From Tortispora ganteri (lineage: Eukaryota): a stretch of 64,000 nucleotides of DNA. The stretch covers positions 62,001 to 126,000 of the forward strand of contig PPNB01000007.1 in the NCBI GenBank assembly GCA_003707115.1, in the 5' to 3' direction. The position numbers and the translations under genes are program-made. This document shows positions 1 to 8,898 of this stretch, piece by piece. Position 1 is the stretch's first letter. Each line of letters begins with the position of its first letter. The notes under the pieces are model-generated. The model worked only from the letters and a program-made list of their open reading frames with translations. It searched no databases and was not told the DNA's origin.

Positions 1-648
1 ATTTTAAGGAAAAAAATATGCGTATACGTTCAAATTAGTCGTTATAAAGTTTCAAAGGGAGAAAAGAGAAGCAGAAACTGTCAGGCAGGTGAAAATTTTG
101 ACGGTAAGCACAGATCTATCGAAGAACGGCAGATCGAAGCCTGATAGGAAGAGAAGTTCCCGAGGGAAACTTTAAATTCAAAGGCAGCTAGGGGTAGAGT
201 TGAGTGGAAAATCAATGGTCAATAGGATCATGAAGTGGCAGGATCAAATTTGGGTACATTTGAGGTTAAAAACAATATATACAAGTACAATTATTGAAAA
301 ATTTTGTGAGTAAAGAACCGAAAACTGCGCATGCTAGTAAGCATAAGAGCAATGTAAGAGCGATGAAATGTTAAAGGAATAAGGTTATTAAACCTGCCTA
401 TCTAAAGTTTTATGACGAAAACTAGCCAATGAGTAAAGTTGAAATTAGAAACTTTAAATTATGAAATACCCAATACCAGACAACTGGCTTATCTACTCTT
501 TGAAGATTAAAAAGATGAAAGTTCTGCATGTAGCCATTCACACAGGATTATTTATATTAAGTATTACTATATAAAGGAATTTCTGCTCGAAATAGGATTT
601 TAAGATTATTCTATAGAATATTTTTGTTGATCAATGAATCATTTCTAG

Positions 649-655
649 TGAGTCA
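649..655. promoter_or_regulatory. Gcn4/AP-1-type site TGAGTCA upstream of the ammonium transporter
   Basis: Exact TGAGTCA (reverse complement TGACTCA) about 470 bp upstream of the ATG at 1124. A GATA-type CTTATC lies at 488-493. Function is inferred. Confidence 0.4.
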
Positions 656-1123
656 GTACGATGTCCGAACAAATCGAAAAATCAAATTGACCAGGATTAA
701 AGTTTGAGACCAACTCCTTATAATATAAATTAACCCATCGACGACCATTGACCCTCGCATTTCATCTCCCCTTCCTCTAATACCTTTTCCTGTATTCTTC
801 GGACTTTCTAGCGATCCTTTATTTGTTAATAAATTTCGGTTGCCACAATCGGCTGTTTTTTTGAGTGTTCGCTGACAAACAAAAAAGGTTTTTTTTGACT
901 GTGGTAGTTATTATTATCTGTCTACTACTCTCAAGATTTTTTTGTTCCCTCTACTTCCAATTTCCCGTCATTATATCCTTGAAAAACCAATTTCACTGAA
1001 ACTTGTGTTTTCCCTGGAAAAAACATACAGTTAGAGCTTCTATAATCAATACTTTTTTTGGTAGCTCAGTTTACTTCACTCTACTTTTCTCCTGTTTGCC
1101 TACATATTCTTCTTAAATAGACA

Positions 1124-2530
1124 ATGGCCGATTCAGGTAACGTTAACTATGTCACTACCGGCTACGACACTGGAGATACCGGCTATCTAATTGTCGGATC
1201 TGCAATGGTGTTCATTATGGTACCTGGACTGGGTTTCCTATATTCCGGCCTTGCGCGCCGCAAATCCGCATTGTCGATGATCTGGGCCTGTTTCATGGGT
1301 GCTATAGTTGTTATCTTTCAATGGTACTTCTGGGGCTACTCGCTAGCATTCTCCAGCACAGCTACCAATGGTTATATTGGTAACCTAGATGGTTTTGGCC
1401 TAAAGAATGTCCTCGGTACCGCCGACTCTGCTTATCCGGAACTTGTATTTGCGCTCTTCCAAGGCATGTTTGCTTGCGTCACAATGGCAATCATTATGGG
1501 CGCTGTCGCCGAACGAGGCCGTTTGTTGCCCGCCTTAGTATTTTCTTTCATCTGGACAACTATCGTATACTGCCCGTTAGCATGCTGGGTCTGGAACTCG
1601 AACGGTTGGGCATACGATTGGGGTGTCCTCGACTACGCCGGTGGTGGTCCTGTCGAGATCGGTTCTGGTCTCGGCGCTCTGGGCTACTCGTTAGTTCTAG
1701 GTCGCAGAAAAGAGAAACTGCTCCTTAATTTTAGACCTCACAATGTGTCTCTTGTAACACTTGGTACTGCTCTGCTGTGGTTCGGCTGGCAGGCCTTTAA
1801 TGGTGCCAGTGCTTTGGGTGCTAACTTGCGCGCTGTCTACGCCGTATTCAATTCCAATATCTGTGCTGCACTTGGTGCTATTACATGGTGTTTGCTCGAT
1901 TTCCGTCTAGAAAAGAAATGGTCTACTGTCGCTATTTGCTCCGGAATTATTTCTGGTTTAGTCGCCGCTACCCCTGCTTCTGGTGTTATTACTTTGTACG
2001 GATCCGTTGTGCTGGGCATTGCGGCAGGTATTATTTGCAATTTTTCTACTAAAATCAAGTACCTTATTAAGATTGACGATTCTATGGATGTTTTCGCTGA
2101 GCACGGCGTCGCTGGTATTGTTGGTCTCTTCTTCAATGCTTTCTTCGGTGCAGACTGGGTTATTGGTCTAGATGGCGCCACTGAGCATGCTGGTGGCTGG
2201 ATATCCCATAATTGGAAACAACTGTATATTCAGTTGGCTTATATTGCTGCATGCATGGCCTACACTTTTGTCCTAACTGTCATTATCTGTTACATTATCA
2301 ATTACATTCCTGGCCTCAAGCTGCGCGCGTCTGAGGACGCAGAACTTCGCGGTATGGATGAGGATCAGATCGGAGAGTTCGCATACGACTATGTCGAAGT
2401 TCGTCGCGATTTCCTCGCCTGGACGCCGCCTACAGCAAACCCTACACAGACTGCGACTGTTCACAATGGAGTTTCTGACACTGCCTCGAGTAGTCTTGAA
2501 ACAGCGGGTGTTGCTTCAGAAAAAGTTTAG
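1124..2530 (+). CDS. MEP1: Ammonium transporter, Amt/Mep family (Mep1/Mep3-type)
   Basis: 468 aa multi-TM protein with motifs FQWYFWGYSLAF, GAVAER, DYAGGGPVE, LWFGW, ATPASG, DDSMDVFAEHG and the fungal tail GMDEDQIGEFAYDYVEVRR. Confidence 0.93.
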   Translation: MADSGNVNYVTTGYDTGDTGYLIVGSAMVFIMVPGLGFLYSGLARRKSALSMIWACFMGAIVVIFQWYFWGYSLAFSSTATNGYIGNLDGFGLKNVLGTADSAYPELVFALFQGMFACVTMAIIMGAVAERGRLLPALVFSFIWTTIVYCPLACWVWNSNGWAYDWGVLDYAGGGPVEIGSGLGALGYSLVLGRRKEKLLLNFRPHNVSLVTLGTALLWFGWQAFNGASALGANLRAVYAVFNSNICAALGAITWCLLDFRLEKKWSTVAICSGIISGLVAATPASGVITLYGSVVLGIAAGIICNFSTKIKYLIKIDDSMDVFAEHGVAGIVGLFFNAFFGADWVIGLDGATEHAGGWISHNWKQLYIQLAYIAACMAYTFVLTVIICYIINYIPGLKLRASEDAELRGMDEDQIGEFAYDYVEVRRDFLAWTPPTANPTQTATVHNGVSDTASSSLETAGVASEKV

Positions 2531-2645
2531 ATTACTAAGAAGTGGTTGCGAAACTCATAGAATTGAGTGGATTGTCGGTACCTTATGCAATAGGATTATT
2601 CATATAGAGACGTGTAGTAGCGTGTAGAATCGATATCAATTGTGT

Positions 2646-4029
2646 TCACGAAACTAAAGCGTGCCTGCACGCTTCAGTCCATGTATGCATGGCCGATAGC
2701 CGATAGCCAATTTCGTCGGCTGTACCAACTAACTGTACTTGGCGAGTATCTATCGATATCAAAGCGTTGACTGTCTCGGAGACAATGAGGTCTTCGGCGA
2801 GTATTAAGATTTGTTGCACGGGTAGCATTGTGTCTTGAGCGAGGATATCTATATTGCAAGTGCGATCTTTGGCTAGTTTTTCCATAATTATAACACTAGC
2901 AAGTTTTTTGACAATTGAGGATGTCATTAGGGTGACGTCTTTAAGAGTATCAGCGTTCTGTGACAATACCGCATTTAGTTCGCGCATGTTGCGGTCATTG
3001 TAGGCAGTTGTGATCTGGATCAAGGGCAAAAGTTCGGGTTCGTTCCTGTAGGGGCGAGCTTCGCTTGAGTCAAAAGATCCAATAGATTCTGCATCGTCGG
3101 ATAATAAGGATGCGAGTATGAAGTATCCCAACATATTAACTCTTCGCGAAGAACCGATGTTGTCATAGTTCTGGAATGCAGCGAAGAAAGCAGTGCGAGC
3201 GTTTATCCAGTTATGTTCATGCATGAACATTTTTGCACCACATTCGTGAATAATTGCCATAGATTTCGGGTGAGGTATTGCGCTCTGGATAGTTTTTGCC
3301 TTGACATAGGCGGTGTTTGCGTCAGAATAGTTTTGGCGTGAAAGAAAGTACTGAATGCTTAATGCGTAAAAGTCAATTTCAAATGCACCAAGTCCTGAAC
3401 CAGATATATGATTGCGAATTTGGTTTAGTAAAGGTTCCATTTCATTGTATTTGTGAAATTCATTATATAAAGCAGCGAGTCTTAAACCAGTTTGTAACCA
3501 CAAACGAGATCCTGTATCAATAGTGTCCATAGTCTGAATGTGTAGACGACTCACAAAATCAAGATCTGTACAAGATGATATATAAGAGAGTATATTTAAT
3601 ATGGATTTCTCGACGTATTGTCGTTGTAAAGTTGTGTTTTTTGATAATAATAATAATGAATTAAAAGTATTGAATATATCAGATTCTAAATGAAATTTGA
3701 ATTGAAGTTTCAATAATTGTTTTATTGCTTTGAATTTAAATTCAATATTATTCATATTTTCAATTGATTTAAACTTTTCAATTGCTTTATTATAATCAAT
3801 TTGACGTATTTGTTTTGCTTCATAATAACTATTTGTTATTTTATTTTGATCGTCATCATCTTCATCATCATCATCTTCATCATAGAATACATCTTCATCA
3901 TATTCATAATTCTAATTGTTAGATATTTTTTCAATAATTTATATAAATACATAATTCATATATTTATTATATAAAATTAATATATTTACTAACCATATCA
4001 TCATCATTCCAATCATCATCTGTATCCAT
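2646..4029 (-). CDS. CSN2: COP9 signalosome subunit 2 (PCI protein), spliced
   Basis: Model: complement(join(2646..3911,3994..4029)), 433 aa. Exon 1 encodes MDTDDDWNDDDM; exon 2 continues NYEYDEDVF...NSYYEAKQ in frame with the 369-aa ORF. CSN2 motifs include FKAIKQL, SAIPHP..MAIIHECGAKM, FFAAFQNYD..GS.RR and FDSSEARPY. Confidence 0.88.
3912..3993 (-). other. Spliceosomal intron in CSN2 (82 nt)
   Basis: 5' GTTAGT, branch TCTAAC, 3' AATTAG. Phase 0; splicing restores an ATG-initiated acidic N-terminus. Confidence 0.8.
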
Positions 4030-4100
4030 AAGTGGCAAGTATTGGTCAAGTTATATCTCCCCCCCAACCTACTACTTATAACTTACCTTGTCGGATAACC

Positions 4101-5162
4101 ATGTCAAAACAATCAATTGCAATATTAGGAGTCGGAAATATCGGTTCACTTATTGCTACTGGTTTAAAATCTTTACCAAAATCACCTCAAATTACTTTAC
4201 TTTTCTCTTCAAACAGTAGACGTGCCTCCTTCGTTCAACATGGCTCTACTATCACTATAGTCAAATCTGGTACAAAATACATCTATGATGGCTTCAATGC
4301 AGCAGCAGCTGACCATTGTATATCACATATAGATAATCTAATAATTACAACTAAAAGTCATCAAACTATTCATGCTATTAAACCTCTGCTCCCATTCTTA
4401 TCACCTAGTACAGATATTATCTTGATACAAAATGGTGCAGGTACTTATCAGAAACTTAAGAAAGAACATTGGGCTGATAGACCCTCACCGCGATTTATTC
4501 AAGGTATTACCGATCACGGTGCAAATAGTTCTACTCCATACGTGGTTAACCATGCTTCTTTTGGCTCTATACGTCTCGCTATTATTCCTGACTCAGAACG
4601 ATCTGCACCCTCCAGAGAACCTCCCTACATGCTCCAACTGCTAACATCCTGTCCAGACCTTAATGCTACCCAGGTCTCTTATGAAGAAATAACTGAAATC
4701 ATGTACAGGAAACTCATATCTAACTGCTGTATAAACCCACTCACGGCCCTCTACAGAGTTCCAAATGGCTTCCTCGCAGAAAATAAGCATGCAAAAAACT
4801 CCGTCTATCAGGTAACCGCAGAGTGTTGCCACATATTAAACGCCTACAACACTTTACATGGCATCCCTCTAGGTTTTGTCCCGACCAAAATGTTCGACGA
4901 CGTCCTCCGGGTCATTAACCTCACCGCTCAGAACTGGTCCTCAATGTTCCAAGATATTCAAACTGGCAAAAAAACAGAAATTGAATTCATAAATGGCTTC
5001 ATGCTAGAAGCTTACGAAGAAATATCAAAACTAGGCGGCGAACCCATCGCTAAACCAAAAATTAATAAGCTCCTAGTCTTAATGATAAAATCGCTCGAAG
5101 CCGCAGCTGCAAACCCTACACTTACGACAGACTCTACTGGTTCCACATCTAATCCCATGTGA
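4101..5162 (+). CDS. PAN5: 2-dehydropantoate 2-reductase (ApbA/PanE family)
   Basis: Rossmann motif IAILGVGNIG, plus IITTKSHQ, LIQNG, KLISNCCINPLTAL and SSMFQDI...TEIEFING. First ATG is at 4101; the track start is GTG. Confidence 0.85.
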   Translation: MSKQSIAILGVGNIGSLIATGLKSLPKSPQITLLFSSNSRRASFVQHGSTITIVKSGTKYIYDGFNAAAADHCISHIDNLIITTKSHQTIHAIKPLLPFLSPSTDIILIQNGAGTYQKLKKEHWADRPSPRFIQGITDHGANSSTPYVVNHASFGSIRLAIIPDSERSAPSREPPYMLQLLTSCPDLNATQVSYEEITEIMYRKLISNCCINPLTALYRVPNGFLAENKHAKNSVYQVTAECCHILNAYNTLHGIPLGFVPTKMFDDVLRVINLTAQNWSSMFQDIQTGKKTEIEFINGFMLEAYEEISKLGGEPIAKPKINKLLVLMIKSLEAAAANPTLTTDSTGSTSNPM

Positions 5163-6267
5163 CATTATCAAGTATCCTCAAGTACTCATCTCGCAATTTA
5201 CCAGCTACCTTGTCGTCTTTATCCTCTACAGACCCGCTAAGCGTTCCCGCCTGTCGCATTCGCTCCAGCACAGATTTCAGCTGCTGTTTCATCGGCTGCA
5301 AATAAATTCCCTCATCTATCAAGCCGTTTGTGTACTGTTCAATTACTTTTCTGTTGCTTTGAAAACAACACATTCCTAAAAGCGCTACTTTTAGGCGAAA
5401 CGACGGCGTACTACCGATCGTGTAATCGCCGAAATACCCGAGGCTCTGTAATAACGAGTCCAGCCCTTCTACCTCGGATATTAGCTCCAAGGTAGGCGTA
5501 GTGACATCTACGCTCTGCCATCGATTGCTTTCGAGCATGAATCCATATTCGCATAGCAAGAATCCTTGATCATGTGGGCCGTAACTCAGCATAAGTTCCT
5601 CCCCTACGGCAGTGGTCCCGGTTTTAGAGAACAGTTCAAGCCCTCTAAGCGGATGGTAAACGACCTTACATCCTAGAGATGGATCATCCGTATGGTTCAG
5701 AAAGTCTAGCACAGGCACCATGCTCATGCTGTCGTCGTGTTCGACTTTTGGCAGTTTAGTGAATACCACTCTGGTATTGACGCACAACCACGCGTACAGG
5801 AACCGGCTAGGTATCTCTTTCCATTCTTTTTCATACCCTAGATACTTGCTCCAGTCTGTTTCTAGTTTTTGTCTCATTGCATCTACATGTTTTTGAGCTG
5901 CAATCGGCAGTTTTCTGATCCTATCCGCGGACCAAGTCAATGGCAGGTCCTCGAAGCTGTTGAAAGGCGGAAGCGTGTTCATATATGCTCTGCATATTTG
6001 CTCATCGAGGGAAGATGGAATAGCACAGTTTTCTGGATTAAGGAGATACTCATATACAAAATATGTTATAGTTGACTGTCCTGGGAGGCCCCTTTTGCCA
6101 AGTGAAACGACATTGATCAGGGCCGAAGGAGGTAGTCTAAGAAGCAACTCATTAGAGTGGATATTAGCTGTTGCTATTAACGCTCTGCCTTTGCCATGAA
6201 TATCGGCTGAACTGAATTTAGTTGAAATATAGCCTTTTTCAGCTATCAGGGCTGTCAGAGTTTCCAT
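5149..6267 (-). CDS. SET-domain protein-lysine methyltransferase (Rkm/Efm-like)
   Basis: GKGRALIA, WLCVNTR, MVPVLDFLNH and EELMLSYGPH...LLCEYGF are SET motifs of the RuBisCO-LSMT/Rkm class. Confidence 0.85.
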   Translation of the reverse strand: METLTALIAEKGYISTKFSSADIHGKGRALIATANIHSNELLLRLPPSALINVVSLGKRGLPGQSTITYFVYEYLLNPENCAIPSSLDEQICRAYMNTLPPFNSFEDLPLTWSADRIRKLPIAAQKHVDAMRQKLETDWSKYLGYEKEWKEIPSRFLYAWLCVNTRVVFTKLPKVEHDDSMSMVPVLDFLNHTDDPSLGCKVVYHPLRGLELFSKTGTTAVGEELMLSYGPHDQGFLLCEYGFMLESNRWQSVDVTTPTLELISEVEGLDSLLQSLGYFGDYTIGSTPSFRLKVALLGMCCFQSNRKVIEQYTNGLIDEGIYLQPMKQQLKSVLERMRQAGTLSGSVEDKDDKVAGKLRDEYLRILDNVTWD

Positions 6268-6353
6268 AAAAGCAATACTGGGGAAGTGTTGCTGTATTGG
6301 CGTGTGCGATGTGCATGAAGGAAACGATTGATTCCTGTATTCGATTTGTGCAA

Positions 6354-6385
6354 TCGATTCGTTCAGTCGATTCGTTCAGTCGATT
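6354..6385. repeat. 13-bp tandem repeat (TCGATTCGTTCAG)x2 plus a partial copy
   Basis: Read directly in the divergent SET/MsrB intergenic region. Confidence 0.8.
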
Positions 6386-6612
6386 GATAACAATCTAAAC
6401 GATTCGCGATCGAAAGCTGTGTTGACCGAGACACGGTTAGAAAAACCTTAATGCTAGAAATTTTAACAAATTGCAGCTAAGCAGGAGCGGGTGGGGGAAG
6501 AAAGAAAAAGAGATGCAGAGTTTCATGACGTTATCAACTTTATAAACGATTAACTTTGCGAGTGAGAAAATGCTTACAAATATATAAATAGGTGAATGTT
6601 GTGCTCGGTCTT

Positions 6613-7086
6613 ATGAGATCTAGTTTCTACCGAATAGTTCGCATATCTACTCATCGAGGGTTTAGCAAAGTTGCATATACAAGAATGGCCCAAAAAACAG
6701 AAGCAGAATGGCAGGCGGTTTTGAATCCTGAACAGTTTAGAGTATTGAGAGAACTCGGCACCGAAACTCCTGGTACTGGTGAGTACGAGCATCACTTTGC
6801 GAACGGTGTATACAAGTGTGTTGCTTGTGGTAACCCTTTGTACAAGAGCGAGACGAAGTTTGACTCAGGCTGCGGTTGGCCAGCGTTTTTTGATGCTATC
6901 CCTGGAGCCATTGAAACCAGACGCGACACTCGATTCGGCAAGGACCGTACTGAGATGATCTGTTCGAAGTGCAAAGGTCATCTCGGCCACATCTTCAAAG
7001 GCGAAGGCTACGATGTGCCTACCGACACACGCCACTGCGTGAATTCCGTCTGCCTAAAATTCGAACCTCAAAATGGCAGCGAGTAA
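6613..7086 (+). CDS. MXR2: Peptide-methionine (R)-S-oxide reductase MsrB
   Basis: LNPEQFRVLR..GTE, CVAC and CSKC zinc pairs, KFDSGCGWPAF, HLGHIF, RHCVNS. First ATG at 6613, second in-frame ATG at 6685. Confidence 0.95.
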   Translation: MRSSFYRIVRISTHRGFSKVAYTRMAQKTEAEWQAVLNPEQFRVLRELGTETPGTGEYEHHFANGVYKCVACGNPLYKSETKFDSGCGWPAFFDAIPGAIETRRDTRFGKDRTEMICSKCKGHLGHIFKGEGYDVPTDTRHCVNSVCLKFEPQNGSE

Positions 7087-7314
7087 TTGCGCCAATAATA
7101 TTATATATTTGTACGTTCTATGTGTTCACTGCTGCTTCCATCTTGGAGTCCGTGGTGGGGAGGCGGGTGACCGTTAGAGTTTGCCGATTGCGTGATCGAT
7201 ATATTTAGCCGACACTTTTGACTCCCGAGAGCGGGTGCTGAACGCCAGATCTAGAATAAAAAAAATAAAACGTATGTTTATACATGCATATATATTAAAT
7301 ATAGGAACGTACGC

Positions 7315-8253
7315 TTAGAGGGAGTGTTTGGCCTTGAAGAAAGTGCCCTCATGGGCAACAAGCTCGATCCAGTAGTTGTCAGGGTCGCGTATAAAGGCGA
7401 TGTGCTTCATTCTGCCTTCTTCAGGTCGTTTCTGCCATTGAACTAGATCGAACCCGTCTAAACGCTTGCAAGCGGCTTGTAAATCATCCACAGTAACACA
7501 TATGTGACCAAATCCCTGTGGCTTGTCGTTGCCGTTATGATAGACTGGACCTTCCTCGTTTTCGGTACCCCAGTTCCAAGTCAGCTCCAGGACTCCCTCA
7601 CGGTTCCAGAGGTAGGTGTTGTCTCTACTGTCGGTATATGCCAAAAAGTAAAGCGTGAACTTCGCAGCCTCGAATTCTTTCGTACGGATGAGCGTCATGC
7701 CGAGCACGTCCTGGTAGAATTTCAGGGACACTTTCGGGTCCTTAACTCTTATCATTGTATGATGGAAATGATAAGAGTCAGGTGACGATACTGACGGCTT
7801 TGAGGCGTCATCGTAGGCATCACTCTGGACTATTTCGACCCAGTAATCATCAGGGTCGAGCGCAAAAGCAATGTTCTTTTGTCTTCCATCTGTCAACTTC
7901 TTCTGGAACCGTACACCCTTTGCCTCGAGCTGCTCGCAGCAGGACTCAATGTTGTCGACGGTGATCGCGATGTGGCCATAGCCTTTGGGATCCTTATTTC
8001 CATTGCTTACGCTGTAAGACTCATCGTCCTGGGTGCCGTAATTCTGTGTGAGCTCTAATACGCCTTCGCGGTCTGTCCAGGGCTTGTTGTCTGGCCGGAA
8101 GGCAAGATAGTACAATGTGAATTTGGCCTCCGGGTAATCGTCAGTTCTGATGAGTTTCATGCCAAAGGCGTCCTCGTAAAACTTGATACTCTTTTGAGCA
8201 TCCTTGACACGAACCATTGTGTGGTTGAATAGATATTTGTTGGTGTCTGTCAT
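7315..8253 (-). CDS. GLO1: Glyoxalase I (lactoylglutathione lyase), monomeric two-domain form
   Basis: Duplicated HTM.RVKD / LELT.N.GT / GN..P.G.GHI / DPD.YW.E modules. Confidence 0.96.
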   Translation of the reverse strand: MTDTNKYLFNHTMVRVKDAQKSIKFYEDAFGMKLIRTDDYPEAKFTLYYLAFRPDNKPWTDREGVLELTQNYGTQDDESYSVSNGNKDPKGYGHIAITVDNIESCCEQLEAKGVRFQKKLTDGRQKNIAFALDPDDYWVEIVQSDAYDDASKPSVSSPDSYHFHHTMIRVKDPKVSLKFYQDVLGMTLIRTKEFEAAKFTLYFLAYTDSRDNTYLWNREGVLELTWNWGTENEEGPVYHNGNDKPQGFGHICVTVDDLQAACKRLDGFDLVQWQKRPEEGRMKHIAFIRDPDNYWIELVAHEGTFFKAKHSL

Positions 8254-8295
8254 TGCTGCAATTGGTTGATTTTCTTGAAGGGTCGCCCATAGGTG

Positions 8296-8402
8296 TATAT
8301 ATATATATATATAAGAATACTATGTCAACTGGGAACCGCGCTCCCCGCCCTAACCCACCAACCACCCCACCACCACCACTACCACCACCACCTCTACCAC
8401 TA
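8296..8402. repeat. (TA)n microsatellite followed by a C-rich/(CCA)n tract in the GLO1/LAMTOR2 divergent promoter
   Basis: TA repeat at about 8296-8313 and an imperfect CCA repeat at about 8355-8402. Confidence 0.85.
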
Positions 8403-8415
8403 CCGAAAGAAAGCC

Positions 8416-8859
8416 ATGGGGCTGCTACGAAGCAAGCCTCTAATAGAACTGTTAGCGCAGGTACTTGAAGACGACGGTGTACATTCTTCGCTTCTAATAA
8501 GTAACAGCGGCAGCGTGATTGCATCCGCTGAGACCAATCCGCGCGCAGAACACCGGCACGCAGTGTACGGCACGTTTGCCGCACAGGTATGGAAATCGTA
8601 TATACGACAGGTCCGCGCGCCGTCGTTCAAAGGTTTAGTTTCGCGCGCTAATTCAGAAAATAATGAAAATAATGACCAAATGGTGTGGTTATGTGCCATT
8701 CTCGACACAGAAATCATACTCATTCGACTAATCAACCCCACTGCCCTTTTTGTGCTTGTCTCGCCCTCTACGTCCACCGTCGGTCTCTTAGAGGCAAAAT
8801 CAGCGGGCATGGTCTCAGAACTAAGAAAAGAACTGGGCAACTATAAAATCGAATATTAG
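8416..8859 (+). CDS. Roadblock-fold Ragulator/EGO subunit (LAMTOR2/Ego3-like)
   Basis: MGLLRSKPLIELLAQV..DGVHSSLLISNSGSVIA, WKSY and C-terminal VGLLEAKS..MVSELRKEL resemble LAMTOR2/Slm4. True ATG is at 8416. Confidence 0.7.
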   Translation: MGLLRSKPLIELLAQVLEDDGVHSSLLISNSGSVIASAETNPRAEHRHAVYGTFAAQVWKSYIRQVRAPSFKGLVSRANSENNENNDQMVWLCAILDTEIILIRLINPTALFVLVSPSTSTVGLLEAKSAGMVSELRKELGNYKIEY

Positions 8860-8898
8860 ATATCATCGCAATGAGCGAATTTCTCTAACCGCAAACCC

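Noticed and set aside
7087..7255. Possible SECIS element after MsrB
   Set aside because: MsrB has Cys (TGC) at the catalytic site and no in-frame TGA, so selenocysteine is not needed.
8293..8415. His-rich N-terminus (HHHHYHHH) of the roadblock ORF
   Set aside because: It is a translation of the promoter CCA repeat from a GTG start; the first ATG is 8416.
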